A DNA stretch of 63,775 nucleotides, the filler included, from Octopus bimaculoides (Eukaryota): the NCBI RefSeq assembly GCF_001194135.2. It is 8 parts of 7 records of this genome, joined end to end, with 100 filler letters (N's around TTAATTAATTAA, not from the genome) between each part and the next. Parts side by side here need not be neighbours in the genome. Positions count along the whole stretch, not along the records: positions 14,432 to 30,389 come from NC_069001.1; positions 30,490 to 32,347 come from NW_026356516.1; positions 32,448 to 34,672 come from NW_026407190.1; 5 more parts are not named here. One strand, written 5' to 3'. This document shows positions 23,293-34,360 of this stretch, in pieces. Position numbers and translations under genes: made by a program. Every line of letters begins with the position of its first letter. Within the stretch, counting starts at the first letter, position 1. A model generated the notes under the pieces. The model did no database searches, was not told the DNA's origin, and saw only the letters and a program-made list of their open reading frames with translations.

Positions 23293-24984
23293 NNNNNNNN
23301 NNNNNNNNNNNNNNNNNNNNNNNNNNNNNNNNNNNNNNNNNNNNNNNNNNNNNNNNNNNNNNNNNNNNNNNNNNNNNNNNNNNNNNNNNNNNNNNNNNNN
23401 NNNNNNNNNNNNNNNNNNNNNNNNNNNNNNNNNNNNNNNNNNNNNNNNNNNNNNNNNNNNNNNNNNNNNNNNNNNNNNNNNNNNNNNNNNNNNNNNNNNN
23501 NNNNNNNNNNNNNNNNNNNNNNNNNNNNNNNNNNNNNNNNNNNNNNNNNNNNNNNNNNNNNNNNNNNNNNNNNNNNNNNNNNNNNNNNNNNNNNNNNNNN
23601 NNNNNNNNNNNNNNNNNNNNNNNNNNNNNNNNNNNNNNNNNNNNNNNNNNNNNNNNNNNNNNNNNNNNNNNNNNNNNNNNNNNNNNNNNNNNNNNNNNNN
23701 NNNNNNNNNNNNNNNNNNNNNNNNNNNNNNNNNNNNNNNNNNNNNNNNNNNNNNNNNNNNNNNNNNNNNNNNNNNNNNNNNNNNNNNNNNNNNNNNNNNN
23801 NNNNNNNNNNNNNNNNNNNNNNNNNNNNNNNNNNNNNNNNNNNNNNNNNNNNNNNNNNNNNNNNNNNNNNNNNNNNNNNNNNNNNNNNNNNNNNNNNNNN
23901 NNNNNNNNNNNNNNNNNNNNNNNNNNNNNNNNNNNNNNNNNNNNNNNNNNNNNNNNNNNNNNNNNNNNNNNNNNNNNNNNNNNNNNNNNNNNNNNNNNNN
24001 NNNNNNNNNNNNNNNNNNNNNNNNNNNNNNNNNNNNNNNNNNNNNNNNNNNNNNNNNNNNNNNNNNNNNNNNNNNNNNNTGTGTGTGTGTTTGTGTATGT
24101 GTCTGTGTGTGCGTGCCCGCGTACGTGTGTGTGTATTTTTGAGAGTAGTCAGTGACACATAAATAATGAATAAACTTTAATATAAATCTATGTAAATCAG
24201 TTTTTTTTTTTTCCTTAGCTATCGTTCACTAACATCTCTGTCTCTCTTTCCTCCTCTCTCTCTCCTCCCACATACATACTCACATGCAGATGCACACGCG
24301 CGCACACTAACTTTTCCCTCCTATATAGCATATTTGACTACCGCTTACCGGTTCTTCATCAGTGCCCTCATATCAAACATCTTCTCCGGAGAATACCATG
24401 AACATCACAACATCCTACTTACGCCTCGCTTGCAATTGAATAATTTCCAAGTTGATGCTGTTTTTTTTTTTGTTTTTTTTTACCACTAATCTCGACTGAT
24501 CAGAACTACAATTAACAACAATTAACTACAATTGATCAGAAGTACAATTAACAGCTGCTCCATCCTTGGCCACCCCAACTTGTTAAATAAACATCAGGGA
24601 TTATATTTATTCTATTTCATTTGAAATATCGTTATGTCACTCATGGAGAATTAACTGCTATTTCTAGTAAATTGCACGTTGCGTAGAGGGTTCCTCATTC
24701 ATGTTGCTTCGGGTACAACTTCGATTCTCAATTTTATCTTTTCTTATAATATTGTTGCAGTTTTCTCGAGATAGGCATGAATGTCACTTAATCTCATTCC
24801 CTATATTTCATTCCTTTGTTATGACCAAGTACCCAGTATTTAGAATATGAAGGTATGAAAAAACCCCCCAGGGAGCGTTTAACATCCTGTCTGCAGCAGC
24901 TTAATATCCATTAAAATCAATCAAAGATAATGCAGATTTAGAAACAAAATGTACTGGATGGGCATCTTTTTAACTTGTTTGTAT

Positions 24985-25462
24985 CATTACACTGCGGCCA
25001 TTCTGGGGCACCTCCTTGAGGAATTTTCGTTATATCAATCGACACTAGTGTTTTTATTTTCTTTCAAGCTGTTATTAATTGTATCGTTCGCTTTTGCTAA
25101 ACAGCTAAGTTACGGAGACGTTTAACACACCAACACCGGTCGTAAAGGGATGATGAGGACAAACACACACAAGGCAGACACACACACACGTGTGCATGTA
25201 TGAACATATATAACGGGTTTCTTTCAGTTTCCATCGACTAGATCCACTCAGAAAGCTTTGGTGGACCCGAGACTATAGTAGAAGACACTTGCCTAGGGTG
25301 CCAGTCAGTGGGTTTGAACCCAGAACCTCATGCTTTAGAAGCAGTCTTCTTGCCACATAGCTACTCTTGCACCTGTGCAGGTGCCAGTCACTGGGTTTGA
25401 ACCCAGAACCTCATGCTTGAGAAGCAGTCTCCTTGCCACATAGCTACTCATGCATCTGTGGA
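24985..25462 (-). mobile_element. SINE family A, diverged, with a tandemly duplicated head
   Basis: 3' half at 24985-25180, head at 25210-25379; the 83-bp head segment is repeated at 25380-25462. Confidence 0.75.
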
Positions 25463-26055
25463 TAGAATTGTTTTGTTACTTATGGGTCTGTTGGAGTTGT
25501 GTTTACTTGCTGTATAAAACACTAGTAACGTCAACGATGTCCCGCAATAGGAGAGCTTTCACTGGTGCGACTGATGATATCCTCCTAATTTTGTGGTACC
25601 ATCCCGTACAGTATTATTTTAAAGGAAAGTCTCAGGTCAACTCACTTATTGAACCAGAGTAAAAGAATCCTTGAATAAGCGTACCGATTTGCATCATCTC
25701 TATTACAACACTCCTGGCTAAATATGAGGGCAGGCCGTTGCAGTTCACCCCATAACCCTTCTTCGTAAATATTTAGCCAGGATATGTATATGCGTGTGTG
25801 TGTGTATGTGCTTGAGTGTGTGTGAATGTAAGTATGAGTTTGTAATTAAGATGTCCATTATCTTTGTGTGTATGTGTGCGAGCAGAATAAAAAGCTGCGT
25901 CTATAAATACTTAACATTCAAAATGAGCATGTGTGTGTGTGTGTGTGTGTTGTGTGTATACACATATATATATACACACATACGCACAGATATGTTGAAA
26001 GAGAGAAAAAGAAAGCGATAGAAATGTACATACATATACACACTCACTTGCACAC

Positions 26056-26108
<53 letters not shown>

Positions 26109-26467
26109 TACATGTATATATTTACAATGACGCATATACACGCATACATTTCGAATTTACAATCATGCATACGGACATATATACACACACATAAACATAC
26201 AAGTATGCAAGCTATTTTCATTCTCACTTTTTTTTTCTCTCTTTTATTTTGTATCAAATTTACTGCAATATTTTTCCTCCCAATTTTTCCTTCCGCTTGT
26301 GCCAAACTTTAGGAATAACAAAAATATATTAATCAAAACTAACCGAGATTATTTCATCATATATTCATAAAAATATGCTACACTCAGCAGAATACATTGC
26401 ACGAAACTCTCGGCTTTTGAGCCACAACGCCGATGAAAATTATTTTCAGTTTTACTTATTCTGTTTC

Positions 26468-26805
26468 GCTACCAACCGTGAAACGAACCACATGGTTCCG
26501 GTTTCAGCCCTACTGCGTGGCACCTTGGACAAGTGTCTTCTACTATGGCCTCGGGCCGACCAAAGTCTTGTGAGTGGATTTGGAAGACGGAAACTGGAAG
26601 AAGCCTCTCATGTGTGTGTGTGTATCTTTGTGTCTCTGTTTGTCTCCACCCACTATAAATTGACAACTGATTTGGGCATGCTGTTCGGCCAAATAGAGCG
26701 ATAAAATAAGTACAAGGCTTACAAAGCCTAAGTCCTGGGGTCGATTTCTTCGACTGAAAGGCGGTGCACCAGCATGGCCGCGGTCAAATGACTGAAACAA
26801 ATAAT
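26468..26805 (+). mobile_element. SINE family A, near full length
   Basis: accacatggttccggtttcagccctactgcgtggcaccttggacaagtgtcttctactatggcc...gcggtcaaatgactgaaac. Confidence 0.88.
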
Positions 26806-26901
26806 AGTATAAACGAATATATAATTCGTGTGTGTCAGTGCGTGTTTATGTATGTATGTATGTATGTGTGTGTGTCTATGCATTTTATGCAAATTTAGGT
26901 A

Positions 26902-27098
26902 CAGGAATCTCTCGACTATCGCGGATGTTGCGTTCCAAAATCCTTGAAGTAGAAACAGAATTGTACTGTATATTTTTTTATTACTTTTATAATTTGTATA
27001 TATTTTATTATAAATGCAAACAACACCACGGAGGAATCGACGTAAGCTTAAATAATAAATCGTGATAGGTGAACCGCGATATGGCGAGGATTTTACTG
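26902..27098. mobile_element. Tc1/mariner (pogo/Tigger-like) MITE with TA TSD
   Basis: TA|CAGGAATCTCTCGACTATCGCGG ... CCGCGATATGGCGAGGATTTTACTG|TA. Confidence 0.7.
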
Positions 27099-27176
27099 TA
27101 TTTATATGTTTCCTCTCTTTTTCCTTCTCTTTCGATGTATCTCTACCTATCTAGTTCTCATTCTACTTCTCTTCTC

Positions 27177-27335
27177 AGTCACGGCTGTGTGGTAAGAAGC
27201 TTGCTTCCCAACGCCCTGTTTCCGGGTTCACTCCCACTGCATGGTACCTTAAGCTAGTGATCTTCTACTATAGTCCCTAGCCGACCAAAACGTTGTGAGT
27301 AGATTTCGTAGATGGAAACTGAAAGAAGCCCGTCG

Positions 27336-27366
<31 letters not shown>

Positions 27367-27481
27367 TTATTTATTTATATAGCTACATGTGTGTGTATTT
27401 TTGTGTGTTTGTTCCTCCCATCACCGCTCGACAACTGATATTCGTTTGTTTACGTCCCTATTTCTGAGCAATTCGGCAAAT
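27177..27481 (+). mobile_element. SINE family A copy (3' end in a gap)
   Basis: ggctgtgtggtaagaagcttgcttccc...ccgggttcactcccactgc...gaaactgaaagaagcccgtcg. Confidence 0.85.
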
Positions 27482-28158
27482 NNNNNNNNNNNNNNNNNNN
27501 NNNNNNNNNNNNNNNNNNNNNNNNNNNNNNNNNNNNNNNNNNNNNNNNNNNNNNNNNNNNNNNNNNNNNNNNNNNNNNNNNNNNNNNNNNNNNNNNNNNN
27601 NNNNNNNNNNNNNNNNNNNNNNNNNNNNNNNNNNNNNNNNNNNNNNNNNNNNNNNNNNNNNNNNNNNNNNNNNNNNNNNNNNNNNNNNNNNNNNNNNNNN
27701 NNNNNNNNNNNNNNNNNNNNNNNNNNNNNNNNNNNNNNNNNNNNNNNNNNNNNNNNNNNNNNNNNNNNNNNNNNNNNNNNNNNNNNNNNNNNNNNNNNNN
27801 NNNNNNNNNNNNNNNNNNNNNNNNNNNNNNNNNNNNNNNNNNNNNNNNNNNNNNNNNNNNNNNNNNNNNNNNNNNNNNNNNNNNNNNNNNNNNNNNNNNN
27901 NNNNNNNNNNNNNNNNNNNNNNNNNNNNNNNNNNNNNNNNNNNNNNNNNNNNNNNNNNNNNNNNNNNNNNNNNNNNNNNNNNNNNNNNNNNNNNNNNNNN
28001 NNNNNNNNNNNNNNNNNNNNNNNNNNNNNNNNNNNNNNNNNNNNNNNNNNNNNNNNNNNNNNNNNNNNNNNNNNNNNNNNNNNNNNNNNNNNNNNNNNNN
28101 NNNNNNNNNNNNNNNNNNNNNNNNNNNNNNNNNNNNNNNNNNNNNNNNNNNNNNNNNN

Positions 28159-28348
28159 GGTCTTCGAAACGTCTAGATAGAATAGAGACAGCTGATGAAG
28201 GGATATTCCAAGGGGCTTTCCGTTTTCCTATGTGTTCGTTCCGTTGTCTGTAGTTTATTGTTCTAACGTCCTGTACCCTGATATGCATGTATATACACAT
28301 GTAGATGTAAGTATGTACATGTGTGTATACATATATATATATTCTTTG

Positions 28349-28350
<2 letters not shown>
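28159..28350 (+). mobile_element. (TA)n-tailed element family E (other copies 39365-39740 minus; 34773-34930 minus, 3' part only)
   Basis: cttcgaaacgYctag..tagaatagagRcagctgatgaagg ... ttttcctatgtgttc ... acgtcctgtacccNgatatgca ... (TA)n is shared between the 28.2 and 39.6 kb copies; the 34.8 kb copy shares the 3' part (tcctgtacccagatatgca). Confidence 0.75.
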
Positions 28351-28382
<32 letters not shown>

Positions 28383-31300
28383 GTGTGTGTGTGCATGTAA
28401 GTATAAGCAGAGATAGTCGAACATTAGACAGTTTCACTGAACAAACACACAAGGACGTCAGTTCGATCCCGATAAGCGGCATTATATCTCACAGTCGTAT
28501 TCTATTGGGTCGACCTAAAATTCGCGAGTGAATTGGGTAGGCGGAAACAGTCTGGCAGCGTGTCGGTTTAATTGAAGACGTAATTCAAAGACTCAGCCTT
28601 GACGCACACAGAATTTTATGATCGATTCTGCTTGAGATATGGGGAGAGAACATTAAGTAAACTTGCATCTGTTGAATACTTAACTTCTATGCTTTCTATC
28701 AGTCAATGAGTAGGTAGTTCCGTTGATCTAACATAAATGGAGCACTCAAGGTTCGTAAACCGACGCCAGTTCCATCATCTGTGGATAATGCAACCCAAAA
28801 ATGTGCAATAACACGCAGACACACAAACGCACAAACACACATACAAACACACATACAGACACACACATATCGAACACGCACGCATACACACCTCTATGTC
28901 TGTATGTATGCATAAATATATATTCTTATATACATTTATGTATATATAAATCTGTATGTTTAAATATATATGAATATATATATATATATATATATATANN
29001 NNNNNNNNNNNNNNNNNNNNNNNNNNNNNNNNNNNNNNNNNNNNNNNNNNNNNNNNNNNNNNNNNNNNNNNNNNNNNNNNNNNNNNNNNNNNNNNNNNNN
29101 NNNNNNNNNNNNNNNNNNNNNNNNNNNNNNNNNNNNNNNNNNNNNNNNNNNNNNNNNNNNNNNNNNNNNNNNNNNNNNNNNNNNNNNNNNNNNNNNNNNN
29201 NNNNNNNNNNNNNNNNNNNNNNNNNNNNNNNNNNNNNNNNNNNNNNNNNNNNNNNNNNNNNNNNNNNNNNNNNNNNNNNNNNNNNNNNNNNNNNNNNNNN
29301 NNNNNNNNNNNNNNNNNNNNNNNNNNNNNNNNNNNNNNNNNNNNNNNNNNNNNNNNNNNNNNNNNNNNNNNNNNNNNNNNNNNNNNNNNNNNNNNNNNNN
29401 NNNNNNNNNNNNNNNNNNNNNNNNNNNNNNNNNNNNNNNNNNNNNNNNNNNNNNNNNNNNNNNNNNNNNNNNNNNNNNNNNNNNNNNNNNNNNNNNNNNN
29501 NNNNNNNNNNNNNNNNNNNNNNNNNNNNNNNNNNNNNNNNNNNNNNNNNNNNNNNNNNNNNNNNNNNNNNNNNNNNNNNNNNNNNNNNNNNNNNNNNNNN
29601 NNNNNNNNNNNNNNNNNNNNNNNNNNNNNNNNNNNNNNNNNNNNNNNNNNNNNNNNNNNNNNNNNNNNNNNNNNNNNNNNNNNNNNNNNNNNNNNNNNNN
29701 NNNNNNNNNNNNNNNNNNNNNNNNNNNNNNNNNNNNNNNNNNNNNNNNNNNNNNNNNNTATATATATATACACACACACAAAGAGAGAGAGAGAGAGAAA
29801 TAGAGTGCTATTGAGATTGCGCTGTAAAGGAATCGACCATGCATTGTGTTCAGTGTAAATTTTGAAGACTGAAACTTCCGTGGCCAATAAGAAACGGCTA
29901 TGATTATTATCATTATAGATTCTAGTAGTAGTAGTACTATTACTACTACTAATGTCATCACCATCATCGTAATGAGATTATTCACTATAATCATCAACAC
30001 CACAACCATCAATGACATAACCATTTCCGCCTTGGCCACCGTGGCCAGCGCCGGCACCGCCACTGCTGCAGCCACCCCCATTCCCATCCTCATCAACACC
30101 ACCACCACCACCACAATCATCATCGTCATTTTTGTCATTGTCATCATCCTGCTTATCTTCATTTTCCTCTCGTCGTTGCGTCATCGTGGTCAACATCATC
30201 TTATCGTCAACCACGTCTACGAACCACACCTCCGCCGCTGGCGCCTCTACGCCACCGTCGCTGCGTCATCACGGCCGTTAGCACATCTACCCTTCACCCC
30301 GACCACCACCACCAGCATCATCGTCGTAGTCGTTGTCCACACCAATGTTATCATCACCATCATCATCGTCATTAGGTGCAGTAAGCAAANNNNNNNNNNN
30401 NNNNNNNNNNNNNNNNNNNNNNNNNNNNNNNNNTTAATTAATTAANNNNNNNNNNNNNNNNNNNNNNNNNNNNNNNNNNNNNNNNNNNNTGGTAGTAATA
30501 GTACTATGTTCAGTAACGGTAATATAGCTGCTGGTGTTAGTATTAATATTATTGCTAGTCCCATTAGTAGTTGAAGTATAGGTATTATTAGTTGTAGTGT
30601 TTATAATATAATTAGTATTGCTAGTGTCAGTGTGCCTATTAGTGTTTACATCGGTTTCAGCTGTGCACCCATTACCCTCCGAGGTGGGGACTATATCATG
30701 TATGTTTAGGTTGTTTATATATATAACAAAACAGGATACTGGAAATTATTCTGGTATTATTTATCCACCATTTGGGGGAGGGGGATAGTTGATTACATCA
30801 ACCGCAAACCTTATTTTATTGACCCCCAAAAATGATGAAAGCTGACCTTGACAGAATTTGAGGTCAGAACTTAAAGATGAATGAAATGCCTCTAAGCATT
30901 TTGTCCAACATGCTAACGATTCTNNNNNNNNNNNNNNNNNNNNNNNNNNNNNNNNNNNNNNNNNNNNNNNNNNNNNNNNNNNNNNNNNNNNNNNNNNNNN
31001 NNNNNNNNNNNNNNNNNNNNNNNNNNNNNNNNNNNNNNNNNNNNNNNNNNNNNNNNNNNNNNNNNNNNNNNNNNNNNNNNNNNNNNNNNNNNNNNNNNNN
31101 NNNNNNNNNNNNNNNNNNNNNNNNNNNNNNNNNNNNNNNNNNNNNNNNNNNNNNNNNNNNNNNNNNNNNNNNNNNNNNNNNNNNNNNNNNNNNNNNNNNN
31201 NNNNNNNNNNNNNNNNNNNNNNNNNNNNNNNNNNNNNNNNNNNNNNNNNNNNNNNNNNNNNNNNNNNNNNNNNNNNNNNNNNNNNNNNNNNNNNNNNNNN

Positions 31301-32459
31301 NNNNNNNNNNNNNNNNNNNNNNNNNNNNNNNNNNNNNNNNNNNNNNNNNNNNNNNNNNNNNNNNNNNNNNNNNNNNNNNNNNNNNNNNNNNNNNNNNNNN
31401 NNNNNNNNNNNNNNNNNNNNNNNNNNNNNNNNNNNNNNNNNNNNNNNNNNNNNNNNNNNNNNNNNNNNNNNNNNNNNNNNNNNNNNNNNNNNNNNNNNNN
31501 NNNNNNNNNNNNNNNNNNNNNNNNNNNNNNNNNNNNNNNNNNNNNNNNNNNNNNNNNNNNNNNNNNNNNNNNNNNNNNNNNNNNNNNNNNNNNNNNNNNN
31601 NNNNNNNNNNNNNNNNNNNNNNNNNNNNNNNNNNNNNNNNNNNNNNNNNNNNNNNNNNNNNNNNNNNNNNGGAGGGGTTATGTGATCTCATCAATCCCCA
31701 ATACAAGACTGGTACTTTATTTTATTGATCCCAAAAGAATGAATGGTTAAGTTGACTTCAATAGGATTTGGATGCAGAATGTAAAGACTCAGAACAAGTA
31801 TAATAAAGCAGTCAATCTGATGAACCTCTGAGTCTGTCATCTTTACATTTTCCAAGCTTCTGAGACAAGTGGAACAGATTAAAAGTTGCATGTTTTGAAG
31901 AAGAGGGAGGAAGAAGAGATGGGAGTAAGGAAGAGGAGTAACTGTAACTNNNNNNNNNNAAGAGGGAGGAAGAAGAGATGGGAGTAAGGAAGAGGAGTAA
32001 CTGTAACTAGTATGAAAAGAAGGGGAGGGGGAGAGGGAAAGAGGGGAAATATAAGGAGGAAGAGAAGTCNNNNNNNNNNNNNNNNNNNNNNNNNNNNNNN
32101 NNNNNNNNNNNNNNNNNNNNNNNNNNNNNNNNNNNNNNNNNNNAAATAGAGAAATATAAAGGAGATGCAAATGTCAAATTAGAAGGAGAGAGAAAACAAG
32201 GGAGAGAATGCAAGAGACAGAGAAAGGGAAGGAGAAAAGAGAGTAAATATATATGAATATGAAATGAGGGAAAGAAAGAGTAAAGTGATAATTAGAGAAA
32301 GTAAGAGGAGGAGAGAGAGAAATTGTATGTGTGTATGAGTGTGTGTANNNNNNNNNNNNNNNNNNNNNNNNNNNNNNNNNNNNNNNNNNNNTTAATTAAT
32401 TAANNNNNNNNNNNNNNNNNNNNNNNNNNNNNNNNNNNNNNNNNNNNATATATATATAT

Positions 32460-32490
<31 letters not shown>

Positions 32491-32533
32491 TTGATATACA
32501 TAAAGATATACATACACACACACATATATATAT

Positions 32534-32567
<34 letters not shown>

Positions 32568-32583
32568 TTACATATACATATAT

Positions 32584-32628
<45 letters not shown>

Positions 32629-33245
32629 CACACATATATACATATACATATATACAAATACATATATACGACTCAGACTTAATGCTGAATTCTTTATCCT
32701 AAGTGGCCAAACCGTGTTCCTATATTCCCCAACCATGTTCCGCTTCATTTCTGTCCAATAGATGATAGACACAGCACTGAACACTTTTCATTTCTCTCTA
32801 AATACTTCATTGAGCACTTTTGAATAGATTTGCCTCAATTTAATATGAATCACAATGTATTCCAGGCAGTCACAAGTGTATATATTACCTTATATACAAA
32901 GCTTTGGCTTTGGATATAAGGTATTTATTAATTTATAAATATATCTATAAAACCAAATTATTGGTTTAGAGACCTTAAATTATCTTCCTGGTGGAAAATG
33001 CTTGGAGTTGATGTGTTTTGGCAAGTGTATTTGTAGAGCAAATATGGCTGTCTGGTTTGGATGTTTGTTTTGCGATCATGTGGTTTTGGGTTCGGTCTTA
33101 TTGCATGGTTTCTTGGGTGTTTGCTGTGATAAACTTGTGTCTGCCAAAGTTTGCCGTATTAGAGAACTTTGTAAACAGGAACTGTGGCAAGTTCTACTCA
33201 CAAACACATGCATGCATAGATAGATATGTAAGTAGGTAGGTAGGT

Positions 33246-33286
<41 letters not shown>

Positions 33287-33296
33287 GAGAGAGAGG

Positions 33297-33351
<55 letters not shown>

Positions 33352-33534
33352 GTAGGTAGGTAGGTAGGTAGATAGATGGATGGATGGATAGATAGATAAA
33401 TAGATAGATAGATAGTGAGAGAGAGACTGATAGAGATATATATAGAGAGAGAGAGAGACTGAAAGAGAGATAGATAGATAGAGAGAGAGGCTGATAGAGA
33501 GATAGATAGATGTTTTATCTTTTACCTTTTATGT

Positions 33535-34150
33535 GCTTAAGTCATTAACCGGTGGCCATGCTGGGGCACTGTCTTGAAGAACTTTAATCAAACAAATCAA
33601 CTCCAGTACTTGCTTTTTTTTAATGCTTGGTACAAATTCTATCTCTTTTGCCAAACTGTTAAGTTACAGGGATGTAAACACACCAACACCAGTCATCAAG
33701 TGATAGTGGAGGGAAAAACAGAGACACACATGCACAGGTATATACATCTATGCAATGGGCTTCTTTCAGTTTCTATCAACTTAATCCACTCATAAAGCTC
33801 TGGTCAGACTGAGGCTGTAGTAGAAAACATTTACCCAGTGTACCATGCAGTGGGACTGAACCTGGAATCATATGATTAGGAAGCAAGCTTCTTACCACAC
33901 AACCATGCATGCCTGTTTGTGCTGTATATTCTTTTATTCTTTTACTTGTTTCAGTCACTTGACTGCAGCCATGCTGGAGCACTGCCTTAAAGGATTTCTC
34001 AGGTTTTACTCTTTGTAAGCCTAGTACCTATTTTATCCGTGTCTTTTGCTGAACCACTAAGTTACAAGGGATGTAAACACACCAACATCAGTAGTCAAGC
34101 AATGGTGGGGGTGACAAACATAGACACAAAGACACACACATACACACACA
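33535..34150 (-). mobile_element. Two adjacent SINE family A copies with strong CpG decay
   Basis: 33535-33915 is near full length and 33930-34150 is a 3' half; CG of the young copies appears as TG/CA (ggtcagactgagg, ccatgcag, aacctgga). Confidence 0.8.
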
Positions 34151-34214
34151 CACATATTTTTTTATTCTTTTATAAGTTTCAGCCTTGAGGCTGTGGCCAT
34201 GTTGGGGTATATAT

Positions 34215-34360
34215 AGATTGCCATGATAGATCGCTAGCCACTAAATCTTTTCTATTTTCTCTACCTGTTTATTTCTGTGTTCCTTTCTGCCGAAGAGCGT
34301 AGGCTCGAAACGTAAAAGACCTTCTCACTTCCCGAGTGTTAAACTAATACATTTGTTTGT
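34215..34360 (+). mobile_element. Hammerhead-bearing element, subfamily 2
   Basis: Starts gccatgatagatcgctagccact after a (TA) run, like 61190-61381; similar along its length. Confidence 0.8.
34283..34318 (+). ncRNA. Minimal type-I hammerhead-like motif (A6C variant); predicted cleavage after 34314 (GUA)
   Basis: CTTT CTGCCGA A GAGC gtag GCTC GAAA CG TA AAAG. Confidence 0.65.

Noticed and set aside
29900-30390. 181-aa hydrophobic/Thr-rich ORF and acidic antisense ORF
   Set aside because: Degenerate (CAT/CAC/GTC)n low-complexity DNA; no recognisable domain or splice support.
31900-32010. 48-bp direct repeat flanking a 10-N gap
   Set aside because: Typical overlap of contig ends duplicated by gap filling; likely an assembly artefact.
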